From assembly GCA_965238005.1 (NCBI GenBank), contig OZ250165.1, forward strand, positions 992,001 through 1,056,000: DNA of 64,000 bases, read 5' to 3'. Position numbers and translations under genes: made by a program. This DNA is from Longimicrobiales bacterium. GTDB lineage: Bacteria > Gemmatimonadota > Gemmatimonadetes > Longimicrobiales > Gaopeijiaceae. This document shows, one piece after another, positions 29,442 through 39,620 of this stretch (position 1 is its first letter; every line of letters starts with the position of its first letter). A model generated the notes under the pieces. It ran no database searches. It was not told where the DNA came from and worked only from the letters and a program-made list of their open reading frames with translations.

Positions 29442-30425
29442 ATGGACGAGATCATCATCCGGGTCCTGAACGGGAAGGCCGAGCCGATCGAAGAGCTCCG
29501 CCTGGCCAACTGGCGGGGCGAGTCGTCCCGAAACGAACAGTACTTCAGAGAGGTTTCGGCCATATGGCAGTGGTCCGGGACGGCCTCACCGGCGAACGAC
29601 TCCCAGTCGGTCCCGCCCCCTCCATCCCTCGAGGCGATCGTAAGCCAGGGAGAAGCGCTCAGGCGACAGGACGTACGTCTCCGCTTCGCCCGGGGAATCG
29701 GGCGCAAGGAGATTCGGCCCTGGGCCGCCGCGGCAGTGATCGCAGCCGTGAGCCTGGGAGTCTGGATCGGTCGCCTGGGCCCCGGCGCCGACGAGGTCAT
29801 GGGTACCGAATACTTCGCGGGAAGCACGGAGGCGGTAACCGTGGCTCTCGCCGATGGAAGCTTCATCCGCCTTGGCCCGGGAAGCCGTGTACGCTTCGTG
29901 GAGCACGCAGAGCTCAGAGAGACGTGGCTGAGCGGGCGTGGCTTTTTCGGGGTGGAGTCCGACGCCATGCGACCCTTCCTGGTCCACACCGACCTGGGCG
30001 ATGCGCGAGTGCTGGGAACGCGCTTCGAGATTGCGAGCGGGGACGCAGAGCTGAAGGTGATCGTCGTGGAGGGGCGGGTGGCCGTCACCTCCACGAACGG
30101 ACGCGCTGCCGAGGTCTCCCGCGGGCAGGTCGCCCGCCTGGGAACCAACGGCGACTTCTCCGTGGAGACGGTCGAGAACGTGTACGACCTCCTGGACTGG
30201 CCGGGGGGTATGCTGCTTTTCCAGGGCACTCCCCTTCCGCAGGTTGTGGAGGAGGTGGCCGCCCACTTCGGAGTGGCGATTGGGCTGAGCGATCCCGCTC
30301 TGACGAGGCGTACCGTGACGGCGTGGTTCGGGGACGAGACCCTCGACGAGGTCGTCGAGTCCATCTGCCTGTTGGTTCAGGCGGAGTGCGACATCGACGC
30401 AGGCGGGGTCAGGATCGGTGGCTAG
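29442..30425 (+). CDS. FecR-family anti-sigma/sensor
   Basis: LADGS, RVLGTRF, VVEGRV. Confidence 0.9.
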   Translation: MDEIIIRVLNGKAEPIEELRLANWRGESSRNEQYFREVSAIWQWSGTASPANDSQSVPPPPSLEAIVSQGEALRRQDVRLRFARGIGRKEIRPWAAAAVIAAVSLGVWIGRLGPGADEVMGTEYFAGSTEAVTVALADGSFIRLGPGSRVRFVEHAELRETWLSGRGFFGVESDAMRPFLVHTDLGDARVLGTRFEIASGDAELKVIVVEGRVAVTSTNGRAAEVSRGQVARLGTNGDFSVETVENVYDLLDWPGGMLLFQGTPLPQVVEEVAAHFGVAIGLSDPALTRRTVTAWFGDETLDEVVESICLLVQAECDIDAGGVRIGG

Positions 30426-30464
30426 GCAGTGTTGACGGGGTGTGAGGGAGGGGGAGACCGGAAG

Positions 30465-33161
30465 ATGACTATGACATGGTGGCGGAGTCGGACCTGCGGC
30501 GCAGTGGCAGTCGTGGTGGCGTTCGCGCTGGGCGGATCGTTGTCCGGTGCCGGTGCCCAGACCGGTGGAAACGCCGGACTCCTGGCCCGGAAGGCGAACC
30601 TGGAAGTGGAGGGGGTGTCGATCATCGATGCCCTCAGGCGTCTGCAGGCCCGCTCCGCCGTCCCCATCGGCTTCAGCCCGGAGTCGATACCTCCGGATCT
30701 CAGAGTGTTCTGCTCCTGCGTCGACAAGACGGTTCAGGAAGCTCTGGAGATCCTTCTCGAAGGTACCGGGCTGATCTTCACGGGGCGGCGCAACCAGATC
30801 CTGGTCACACGACCCGGAGAACCCGACGCCCCAGTGCGAGACACGGGAGTCGTGGGGGGCTTCGTGCGTGAGGTCGAAACGGGCAACCCCATCGGTGCGG
30901 CCCGGGTTGAGCTGCGCGAGCTGCGTCTCGCCACGCTGACCGGCGCCGACGGTCGCTTCCTCATCCCCTCCATCCCTCCGGGAGCCTACACCCTCGCCGT
31001 GGACGCCCTCGGGTTCCGCAGCGAAGGGGTCCGCCGAACCGACGTCACACTGGACCGTCCCACAATCCTGGATCTAAGGCTGGCGCGAGATCCCTTGGCG
31101 ATCGCCGAGATCGTGGTCGGTCCGGGCATCTTCGGGATCGGGGGCGATGAGGCCACGTTGATGCGGCAGACGCTCACGCAGGAGGAGATGAACGCGCTTC
31201 CCCAGCTCGGTGAGGACGTCTTCCGTATGATGGAGCGCATCCCGGGTGTGGCAACGGGCGACATCTCGGCCAAGATGAGCGTGCGCGGTGGCAACGACGA
31301 TGAGCTGCTGATCATGCTCGACGGCACAGAGCTCTTCGAGCCGTTCCACATGCGGGATCTGGACGCGGTTATGGGGATAGTGGACGTTCAGACGCTGCGC
31401 GGTGTGAGCCTCATCGCCGGAGGGCTTCCCACGGAATACGGAGACCGCATGACCGGTCTGCTCGACATGCGGACGAAGCAGCCGATCGGAAACGGCAAGC
31501 GCAACTCACTCGGCTTCAGCGTCTCCAACATCACCGCCCGTAGCCAAGGAACGTTCAGCGACGGTCGCGGGGGCTGGCTGGTCTCGGTCAGGCGGGGCTT
31601 CCTGGACCTTGTTCTGGCGATGGCCCAGGACGAGAACAGCAACGACGACCTCTCCCCCCGCTACTTCGACGGCATGGGTAAAGTCGAGCTCCTGGTCGGC
31701 ACCCGCCACCGGCTCTCGGCGCACGTGCTCTACGCCGGCGACAACCTCAACCTCATCGCCAACACAGATCCTACGGACCAGGGCGAGCTGCGCACCGATT
31801 GGAGGAATGCAAATGCCTGGGTGAACTGGGCCTGGCAGCTCTCGCCTGCGGTGGACGCTTCGACGGTGTTGTCCGCCGCCTCTCTCTCGCGAAGCCGGAC
31901 GGGGTTCGTTATCGACCGGGGGGCCTCGGAGGTAGCGGACGTCGTCGAGGTGAGCGACGAAGGCGAGTTCGACTTCCTGACCCTGCGGCAGGACTGGCGC
32001 TGGGCTCCCGGTGACAACATCGTGCTCAAGTTCGGTGGCCAGCTTCGCCTCGCGCAGTCTGACTACAGGTATCGCAGCGAGATCGGTCAGGAGGTCCACC
32101 AGGGAGGCGGCACGGTCGGGATCGAGGTCGACTCCGTCCGCGTGTCCCTCCGTCCGGAAGCAACAGAGACCAGCGTCTACCTGGCGACCCGAGTGCAGCC
32201 CCACGATCGACTGACGCTCGAGCTGGGGGCTCGGTACGACTACCGCAGCCACACGGCCGACTCCGACGTGGCGCCGAGAGTCCAAGCCGCCATCCAATTG
32301 GCAGCGAATACGACGCTGCGTGCGAGCTTGGGGACGTACTACCAATCCCACGGGATAGAGGAGCTGTCCGTCGTGGATGGGGACACGGTGTTCTTCCCCT
32401 CCGAACGCGCGGAGCAGGTCGCCGTGGGCATCCAGCATGTCTTCGAGGGGGGCGTGGAGGTGCGGGCCGAGGCCTACCATCGCACCGTCTCCGATCAACG
32501 GCCGCGCTATCTCAACGTCATTCGCGAGATAATCCCCTTCCCCGAGGCCGGGAACGACAGGCTCCGTTTCCACCCCGAGCGAGGACGCGCCACGGGACTG
32601 GAGCTCCTTTTTTCGGGACCCCTCGGTGGCCACTCCGATTGGTCGGCGAGCTACGTTGTGGCGCGGGCTGAAGACAGGCTGGAGGGCCGATGGATCCCGA
32701 GGACGCTCGATCAGCGCCACACCTTGAACGCGCGCTGGCACTACAAGCCGAACAGCGACTGGGAGCTCTCGGCGGGTTGGCAATACCACACGGGATGGCC
32801 GAGCACCCCCATGGAGTTCCAGGTCGACACGCTCGGGGTCGTCCCGGCCAACAACCCGCCACCCGGGACGCGATCTTGCAGCCCCGACTCGTGCATTCAA
32901 CTGCTAGTGACCGAGCGGCCGGGCGAGATCAATGCCCGACGACTGCCGGCCTACCATCGAATGGATCTCCGTGTCACCCGGACTTTCCAGGTGGGCAGGG
33001 GCGCGTTGAGCGTCTTCCTGGACGTCTTCAACCTCTACAATCGGGAGAACCTGCGGTCCTTCGACTACAAGATCGACCTCCCGGAGGGGAGGGTGATTGC
33101 AAACAGGGGCGAAACGCTCCTGCCCATTCTGCCCTCGTTTGGTTTGACCTGGGAGTTCTGA
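30465..33161 (+). CDS. TonB-dependent receptor with N-terminal signalling domain
   Basis: Plug motif VRGG...LDG, YHRMD, terminal WEF. Confidence 0.9.
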   Translation: MTMTWWRSRTCGAVAVVVAFALGGSLSGAGAQTGGNAGLLARKANLEVEGVSIIDALRRLQARSAVPIGFSPESIPPDLRVFCSCVDKTVQEALEILLEGTGLIFTGRRNQILVTRPGEPDAPVRDTGVVGGFVREVETGNPIGAARVELRELRLATLTGADGRFLIPSIPPGAYTLAVDALGFRSEGVRRTDVTLDRPTILDLRLARDPLAIAEIVVGPGIFGIGGDEATLMRQTLTQEEMNALPQLGEDVFRMMERIPGVATGDISAKMSVRGGNDDELLIMLDGTELFEPFHMRDLDAVMGIVDVQTLRGVSLIAGGLPTEYGDRMTGLLDMRTKQPIGNGKRNSLGFSVSNITARSQGTFSDGRGGWLVSVRRGFLDLVLAMAQDENSNDDLSPRYFDGMGKVELLVGTRHRLSAHVLYAGDNLNLIANTDPTDQGELRTDWRNANAWVNWAWQLSPAVDASTVLSAASLSRSRTGFVIDRGASEVADVVEVSDEGEFDFLTLRQDWRWAPGDNIVLKFGGQLRLAQSDYRYRSEIGQEVHQGGGTVGIEVDSVRVSLRPEATETSVYLATRVQPHDRLTLELGARYDYRSHTADSDVAPRVQAAIQLAANTTLRASLGTYYQSHGIEELSVVDGDTVFFPSERAEQVAVGIQHVFEGGVEVRAEAYHRTVSDQRPRYLNVIREIIPFPEAGNDRLRFHPERGRATGLELLFSGPLGGHSDWSASYVVARAEDRLEGRWIPRTLDQRHTLNARWHYKPNSDWELSAGWQYHTGWPSTPMEFQVDTLGVVPANNPPPGTRSCSPDSCIQLLVTERPGEINARRLPAYHRMDLRVTRTFQVGRGALSVFLDVFNLYNRENLRSFDYKIDLPEGRVIANRGETLLPILPSFGLTWEF

Positions 33162-33179
33162 CCGGGACCGGCCGGAGGC

Positions 33180-33440
33180 GTGTGCACCCTCGGGGGAGCG
33201 GACCTTGACGTGCGCAGCCGAAGTGTTCCGCTACCAACGTCGGCGATCGTCACGACCGGGCCGTATCAGTTCAGTCGCAATCCGATCTATCTGGCATTCA
33301 CGCTCCTCCAGCTTGGCATCGGGTTCTGGGTCAACAGCGCATGGGTCGTCGGCATGCTCGTCCCGACGCTCCTCGTCATGTCGTATGGCGTCATCGCCAG
33401 GGAGGAGAGGTACCTGGAGAGGAAGTTCGGAGAGGAGTAA
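33180..33440 (+). pseudogene. Isoprenylcysteine carboxyl-methyltransferase-family fragment
   Basis: TTGPYQFSRNPIY...EERYLERKFGEE; both ends missing. Confidence 0.75.
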
Positions 33441-33457
33441 GCCACGAGGGCGAGCCG

Positions 33458-34021
33458 TCAGCGGCCGAATACCTTCCTGTCCGCGACCCCAAGAGCCGTC
33501 ACGAGGAGGACCGCCGCCAGGACGGACAAGGTCCACGGGTTGAGATAGGGGTACCGCATGAGCAACGGCGCATCGCCAAAACTCAGCAGGGCGCCAACGA
33601 ACGCACCGAGGATCCCGACTGGGACGTACACCGCCACCTTCCAGCTGAGGTGACGTGCGGCCACGAGCCCGATGGTTGCGCCCGCCCCCAGCACATGGAG
33701 CAGGATCGGGAAGAAGAGCATCGAGGCCACCACGCTCCAGAATATGACCCCGGCAGCGACCAATAGCCCGCCGATCCACACCTTGTCCCGCCGCACGGCG
33801 TATGCCGCCAAGAGCAGGCACGCCACGGGCACCCATCCGACGTACTGAAACCGCGGCGTCGCGGTCAGATACAGCGAGGCCGGTAACACCAAGAGCGCGC
33901 CGCCGATCAGCAGGGATGCGCGTTGCCGGACGAGTCCGAGGCCGGAGGCCACCAGGCCCACAACAATGGCAGACCAGAAGATCAGGGCAAGCCAGTACGG
34001 CAGGGAAGGCAAAAAAAGCAT
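33458..34021 (-). CDS. Integral membrane protein
   Basis: Multiple hydrophobic helices. Confidence 0.65.
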   Translation of the reverse strand: MLFLPSLPYWLALIFWSAIVVGLVASGLGLVRQRASLLIGGALLVLPASLYLTATPRFQYVGWVPVACLLLAAYAVRRDKVWIGGLLVAAGVIFWSVVASMLFFPILLHVLGAGATIGLVAARHLSWKVAVYVPVGILGAFVGALLSFGDAPLLMRYPYLNPWTLSVLAAVLLVTALGVADRKVFGR

Positions 34022-34022
34022 G

Positions 34023-34514
34023 TCAGTCTCCCAAGGCCCGCACGTCACCCAACAGCGTGAAGCTCACCTCTTCGTCCAGGACGATCTCCGAATAGTCGAT
34101 GAAGATCCGGGTCGGGTGGCCACGGCTCGCATCGAACTCCACCTGGACCTCGTGAGCGTTCCGGTCGTACGCGCCCTGTACGAGATCGAAGAGGCCGTCG
34201 ATGGTCAGGTACCATTGCACCTCGTTGGGCTCCAACACCTCTCCCGTCACGAGGTCGGTGGCTCCAGCCACGGCTCCGTCCACCACGGTGACTTGGACTC
34301 CCTCCCTGAAGGGGCAAAGGCAGACCCGCCGTACGCCGTACGTGTAGTCCTCGAGGCCCTGGGCCTCCCAGAGCGCGCGTTGCCCACCCAAGCGATCCAT
34401 CACGGGGCCGGTCGAGTCATAGACGGGTCCCAACTCAGAGCCGATCGGGTTGTCGTCACCGCACCCCACCAGCACCGCAGCCACCACTGCAAGGACAAAA
34501 CCTGTCGATTTCAT
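34023..34514 (-). CDS. Lipoprotein (DUF6174-like)
   Basis: LVGC lipobox; CLC...TIDGLFD...DEE. Confidence 0.7.
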   Translation of the reverse strand: MKSTGFVLAVVAAVLVGCGDDNPIGSELGPVYDSTGPVMDRLGGQRALWEAQGLEDYTYGVRRVCLCPFREGVQVTVVDGAVAGATDLVTGEVLEPNEVQWYLTIDGLFDLVQGAYDRNAHEVQVEFDASRGHPTRIFIDYSEIVLDEEVSFTLLGDVRALGD

Positions 34515-34704
34515 TGTGTACTCCGTATCTCAGTCCTGGCTAGGAGTTCTCATCGTGCATGGAAACGAATGAGGAGCCTCGAATGTGACGGGGGGGCCTC
34601 CGGCAAGCTCTACTCCGCCGTCACCAAGTATCGCCGCCCCGTTTCGGTTGGTGCGTCTAGTGCGGGTCCTGCTGAGCTAGTTCGCGGGTTGCGGAAGGGG
34701 ACCC

Positions 34705-35310
34705 TCAAGGGGCGTGCAAGCGAAGCCCTAGATGGACCCGCAACACGGCCGGGCCTTCGATCAACATGAGGCTCGAGACGGCCGTGCGGGCGAAGTCCAG
34801 CTCGCCCACCTTTACGATATCCCCTCCCAGGTCGAGGGTCAGAGTCCGGGCGACGCCTAGCCGCAGGCCCACCCCACCCCCGAATACCGCCGCCCAGGTG
34901 GTCGTCTCAGCCAAGAAGGAGTTCGTTCGGCTCTGCACGTTCGCTGCTACGCCCAACAGAGGGCGCGCGTACAGCGTGATGGCCGAGAGTGGCACGTAGA
35001 CCTCGGGGCCGAGCCCTAGGATCCATATCGTGTTGCCGGCTGTCTCGTCGTCGTTGGTGGTGCTGGCCAATGGAATCAGCATCCCATCCGCTCGAACCGA
35101 GAGGTTCCGCGCCACGCCGTGTGACGCCGTGAGGTCGACCCCGAAGCCGGAATCGAGGAAGTCGCTCGCGCTTCCGACCATCAGGCTCGCGCTGGCCGAG
35201 GCACCGACCGACCAGCCAGGGGCCGACTGTGCGGACGCCGGCGAGCCCGTGAGGGCAGCGGCGACCAGGATGCTCGAGAGCGGCAGGCGCGCTCGTTGGC
35301 GTTTGGGCAC
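34705..35310 (-). CDS. Outer-membrane beta-barrel protein
   Basis: Signal peptide and alternating beta strands. Confidence 0.65.
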   Translation of the reverse strand: MPKRQRARLPLSSILVAAALTGSPASAQSAPGWSVGASASASLMVGSASDFLDSGFGVDLTASHGVARNLSVRADGMLIPLASTTNDDETAGNTIWILGLGPEVYVPLSAITLYARPLLGVAANVQSRTNSFLAETTTWAAVFGGGVGLRLGVARTLTLDLGGDIVKVGELDFARTAVSSLMLIEGPAVLRVHLGLRLHAP

Positions 35311-35448
35311 TTTGGCAACTCCGAATCGGGATTCGCAGGCTCACGCTTGATACACGACGGCCCCGAGCTCATGCGACATGGCCAGGTCGTCGGCTATCAT
35401 CACCGTAGAAACGCGTGAAATCGACTCGAGTACCAATCGGGTGACGCA

Positions 35449-35934
35449 CTACCTCACAGAAACCTCTCCCGCCGCCAGCTCAACCAGCGTCGCGTGCACG
35501 ATCGTCAGCGTGACGAAATAGTCACCTTCATCGGCATCCACGACGAACTCACGGGAGACGGATTCCTCGTCGCCCCCGCCGAGTTGGAAGATCAGAGCCG
35601 GTTCCTGACATGCGTCGAAGAGGTCGAAGGCGCTCCACACCAGCCGCCCGCCGCGCTCCGTGTAGACCCGCGGCCGGAACATGCAGTTGCCGCCCAAGAT
35701 GGCGGTCTGGGCCTCGAAGTCTGTTTCGTTCATCGCAGTCAGTGTCACCTCGATCGCATTCCCGGCCAGGGAGCTGACCGCGGCGGTCATGAGGATGCCG
35801 TCAGCACGGAATTCGTCTACGACTTCGGTCTCGGGACCTGATGGCGCGGCGGGCGAGTCGCAGGCGGCTACCAGGCTCACGACGGAATACACGAGATGTC
35901 GGATGACCCCGGGCGACAGCGTCAGTCTACGCAT
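35449..35934 (-). CDS. Hypothetical lipoprotein
   Basis: VAAC lipobox. Confidence 0.6.
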   Translation of the reverse strand: MRRLTLSPGVIRHLVYSVVSLVAACDSPAAPSGPETEVVDEFRADGILMTAAVSSLAGNAIEVTLTAMNETDFEAQTAILGGNCMFRPRVYTERGGRLVWSAFDLFDACQEPALIFQLGGGDEESVSREFVVDADEGDYFVTLTIVHATLVELAAGEVSVR

Positions 35935-36159
35935 GGGGAAGCTGGTTAGAGGAGTCTGTCTTAGGTAACGCCTCGGGTCGGGAGTTTGTGACAGGGCGGG
36001 AGGTGCCACTTGGTACTACTCCCGAGCTCACGCGTTCTCAGGGTGATGCATCCTTCAACACGAGGTCCAGGTCGATGAGCGCCCCTGTCCGACTCACGTG
36101 GGTCCTATTGACGGTCGCCTACACGGCAATCGCCGTCGCCGTGTCCCGATTGTCGGCGA

Positions 36160-36508
36160 CGGCGAAGGCGTCTGTTCCTTCGTTCACGTCGACGATGCGG
36201 CCGCTGCAACCGTGCTCGCGCTAGAGCACGGGGAGCCCGGCGCTTACAACGTCGTGGATGATGACCCAGCACGTGTCCGGATTTGGTTGCCGACCTACGC
36301 TCAACTCCTTGGGGCTGCTCGTCCATTTCGGGTGCCGCAACTCGTTGGCCGTCTGGGAGCAGGCGCTTACGGACTCTACTTCATGACTCAGCAGAAGGGT
36401 GCGTCCAACGAGAAGGCCAAGAAGCGACTTCGCTGGGAGCCACGTTACCCGAGCTGGCGAGAGGGTTTCGGCTCGGAGCTGGCAGGCCAGCCGGTCCCTG
36501 AATGGTGA
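36160..36508 (+). pseudogene. NAD-dependent epimerase/dehydratase C-terminal fragment
   Basis: SFVHVDDAAAA...YNVVDD...SNEKAK; Rossmann N-terminus absent. Confidence 0.75.
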
Positions 36509-36564
36509 GAGCCAAGCCTACTCAACACTGGGCACGGAACCGGGGCAGTCTACGCGTCAGCGAC

Positions 36565-37032
36565 TTACACCCAACGGCGCACCGAGGCCTTATACCGCAG
36601 ATACTCTTCGCCGAACCTTCTCTCTAAGTACTGCTCCTCGCGCAATATCACTCCGTAATGCATGACGATCAGGATCGGAACAAGACCGGCGACGATCCAC
36701 AAGTTGGCCGCCGCCACTCCTATCCCGACATAGAGCAAGCTCAACGCTACGTAGCCGGGATTGCGCGACAACCGGTACGGACCTCTCGTCACCAGGTGAG
36801 TGGCGGGCGCGAAGGTGCTAAAACTGGTGCTGGCTCTCCGAAACTGAAGAACCGCTGAAACGACGATCACACCGCTCAGCGCGACGATGGCGAATCCAGC
36901 GATGTACTGAACACTGGCCGGCAAAACCGTGACCGGACGCAAGTAATCCATCGCAAGTCCCATAAGCAGAAATGCCAGATAAATGAGTGGTGGAAGAGCT
37001 ACGACCACGGGTCTGTCTTCTCTATTTGTCAC
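36565..37032 (-). CDS. Isoprenylcysteine carboxyl-methyltransferase-family membrane protein
   Basis: GPYRLSRNPGY, EEQYLERRFGEEY..Y...VRRW. Confidence 0.88.
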   Translation of the reverse strand: MTNREDRPVVVALPPLIYLAFLLMGLAMDYLRPVTVLPASVQYIAGFAIVALSGVIVVSAVLQFRRASTSFSTFAPATHLVTRGPYRLSRNPGYVALSLLYVGIGVAAANLWIVAGLVPILIVMHYGVILREEQYLERRFGEEYLRYKASVRRWV

Positions 37033-37037
37033 ATCTA

Positions 37038-37249
37038 GCTCCCCGCTCTAGCTCCCCGCTCTTGCTCCCCGCTCTTGCTCCCCGCTCTTGCTCCCCGCTC
37101 TTGCTCCCCGCTCTTGGGCTCCCCGCTCTTGCTCCCCGCTCTTGCTCCCCGCTCTTGCTCCCCGCTCTTGCTCCCCGCTCTTGCTCCCCGCTCTTGGGCT
37201 CCCCGCTCTTGCTCCCCGCTCTTGCTCCCCGCTCTTGCTCCCCGCTCTT
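37038..37249. repeat. Tandem array of 16 x 13-bp GCTCCCCGCTCTT
   Basis: Counted directly; GG inserted after units 6 and 12. Confidence 0.97.
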
Positions 37250-37646
37250 GGGCAGTCATATTGATCATCAAGACGCCCGTCCTCCCGACGCTTTCAGGTC
37301 CAAGCTTCCCGAACCGCCTCCCCGTAGAAGCACATAGACCGACACGATCATCACTACGGCCGGAATGATCGGCTCCTCGGGCTGGAGGGGGAACAGAGAG
37401 GGATCGTCTGCCAACAAGTGCACGTAGGTCGCCACGATCATGCTCCCCGCTCTTGGGCAGTCATATTGATCATCAAGACGCCCGTCCTCCCGACGCTTTC
37501 AGGTCCAAGCTTCCCGAACCGCCTCCCCGTAGAAGCACATAGACCGACACGATCATCACTACGGCCGGAATGATCGGCTCCTCGGGCTGGAGGGGGAACA
37601 GAGAGGGATCGTCTGCCAACAAGTGCACGTAGGTCGCCACGATCAT
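37237..37646. repeat. 205-bp tandem duplication (37237-37441 / 37442-37646) of the doxX 3' end
   Basis: Direct sequence comparison. Confidence 0.93.
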
Positions 37647-37913
37647 GATGTTGAAAACAAGCAGGGTGGCGATCCGCGTGTAGAAGCCGATCAGCAGGGC
37701 AGCGCCGACGCCGATCTCGACGAGGGGCAAGACCCAGCGATTCAGGTCCTGGAGCGGGACGTTCGCCACCGCCAGCTGTCCCGCGAACGCCGCTCCCAAG
37801 GTGGGGACGACGAGCTTCATGACGCCGGTCATCACGAATAGGATTCCCAACCCGATTCGGATCCACCGGGCGACTCGGTCGTCTCGAGTTCTGCGAATGG
37901 ACTTCAGTGTCAT
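37473..37913 (-). CDS. DoxX-family membrane protein
   Basis: RIGLGILFVMTGVMKL, EIGVGAALLIGFYTR. Confidence 0.85.
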   Translation of the reverse strand: MTLKSIRRTRDDRVARWIRIGLGILFVMTGVMKLVVPTLGAAFAGQLAVANVPLQDLNRWVLPLVEIGVGAALLIGFYTRIATLLVFNIMIVATYVHLLADDPSLFPLQPEEPIIPAVVMIVSVYVLLRGGGSGSLDLKASGGRAS

Positions 37914-37933
37914 GATCACGTGCTCCCGAAGCG

Positions 37934-39298
37934 TCACGAAACCGGCTCGAGCGTGTCCAGTATCCAGGGCATGAGTTCGGACACGGTCGGGTGGACGAGC
38001 ACTGATTTCCGATAGTCCATGCAGGGTAGACCGCTGTACATGTAAGCCGCGAACATGTTGACGATCTCGTCACCGCCGGGTCCCAGGATCGCGGCACCCA
38101 GAATCTGATCCGTATCGCCGTCGACGAGGAGCTTGGCGAACCCGAGCGTCTCTCCCATCTCCTTGGCCCGGCTGATTCGGGACATCGGCCGCGTGGCTTT
38201 CATTACCTTGTGGCCCTTCGCGACGGCCTCCCGTTCGGTCATTCCGACACGACCGAGCGCGGGGTCGATGAAAAGCCCGTACACGGGGATCCGGTCCGAC
38301 AATCTCCTGGTGCCACCGCGCATCTGGTCGAGGACGATCTCGGCGTCGTTGACCGACGTATGGGTGAAGGCACCGTGTCCGTTGATATCACCCAGGGCGA
38401 AGACACCCTCCGCGCTGGTCTGGCAAAAATCGTCGACCTCGATGTACCCCCGTTCGTCGAGCTGGATACCGGCCGCTTCAGCGTTGAGCAGGTCCGAGTT
38501 CGGGACCCGCCCAACCGCGACGAGAAAGTGAGAGCCGGTCAGCTGGCGCTCGTCGCCACCCTGTACGATGGTGACCGCAACGCCCGCGCCATCGGGGGCG
38601 ACTCTCACCGCGCTCGAGTCCAGACAGAACTCAATGCCCTCCAGTTCCAGAATGTCCTTGATGGACTCCGCAACATCGGCGTCCTCTCGAAATACCAATT
38701 GAAATCCCGCCTCGATCACGGTGACCCGCGCGCTGAATCTTCGGAAGATCTGACTGAATTCGAGCCCGATGTAGCTCCCTCCCAGAATGATCAGGTGCTC
38801 CGGCACCTCGGTCAGCTCGAGGAGTCGGCCGTGATCCAGCCATGGAACGGTGTCCAGCCCTGGCATGTCGGGGACGCGCGGGCGTGCTCCGCCGTTGATA
38901 TAGATCCGATCGGCCGTGATCATCTCGTCCCCCACGCGAATCTGCCGCGGACCCTCGAATCGGCCCCAGTCCTCGAATAGGGTCACGCTCTCTGCCGAGG
39001 AGATCCACGAAACCATCCCGGTGGTGTCGCGAACGGCGTTCATGCGCGCACGCACGGCTTCAAAGTCTATCTCGAAGCCGTTCGGATGGATGCCGTACTC
39101 CGGTGCCCGCCTCATGATATGAGCCACCTTGGCGGTGGCCACGAGTGCTTTCGTGGGGGTGCAACCCGTGTTCAGGCAGGTGCCGCCTATTCGATCTCCT
39201 TCAATGACGGCGATCGAGTCTCCGGTGGGAAGGAGATCGCCCAGTAGGGTGCCCGTTGCCTGGCCGGTCCCGAGTATCAGGTGTTGAAAGTGACGCAT
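37934..39298 (-). CDS. Pyridine nucleotide-disulfide oxidoreductase (MerA/RclA-like family)
   Basis: GGTCLNTGCTPTK, GGSYIGLE, HPTVSE. Confidence 0.9.
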   Translation of the reverse strand: MRHFQHLILGTGQATGTLLGDLLPTGDSIAVIEGDRIGGTCLNTGCTPTKALVATAKVAHIMRRAPEYGIHPNGFEIDFEAVRARMNAVRDTTGMVSWISSAESVTLFEDWGRFEGPRQIRVGDEMITADRIYINGGARPRVPDMPGLDTVPWLDHGRLLELTEVPEHLIILGGSYIGLEFSQIFRRFSARVTVIEAGFQLVFREDADVAESIKDILELEGIEFCLDSSAVRVAPDGAGVAVTIVQGGDERQLTGSHFLVAVGRVPNSDLLNAEAAGIQLDERGYIEVDDFCQTSAEGVFALGDINGHGAFTHTSVNDAEIVLDQMRGGTRRLSDRIPVYGLFIDPALGRVGMTEREAVAKGHKVMKATRPMSRISRAKEMGETLGFAKLLVDGDTDQILGAAILGPGGDEIVNMFAAYMYSGLPCMDYRKSVLVHPTVSELMPWILDTLEPVS

Positions 39299-39620
39299 GA
39301 CTGGGTCTCCGGGATGGTGGTTGTCACGATATCCATCGGCCGGCAGTGAAGCAAAGGGGTCCCGTGATGGTGAGCATGGTGCTGGTGCTGGGCGTCGTGG
39401 CCTTTGGGGCCGGCTACGTGCCGGCGGCTAGGGCCTCGAAGGTCGATGCGATGGTGGCGCCACGCGAACCGGAAGTCCGATCGATCTTCTGCGACGGGGT
39501 TGCCCAGGCGCTTGTGGCGAGAGCAGCACTGAACGAAGCTATCTGTTGGCAACCGGAACCTGCTCGCGCGCCTCAACGCACTGGCTGCTCCGGGCGGTAC
39601 TGGAGAAAGGACGACGACGA

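Noticed and set aside
37038..37249. CRISPR array
   Set aside because: Units are contiguous 13-mers with no unique spacers, and there are no cas genes.
37934..39298. merA mercuric reductase
   Set aside because: Lacks the C-terminal Cys-Cys pair and NmerA domain, and there are no mer operon genes.
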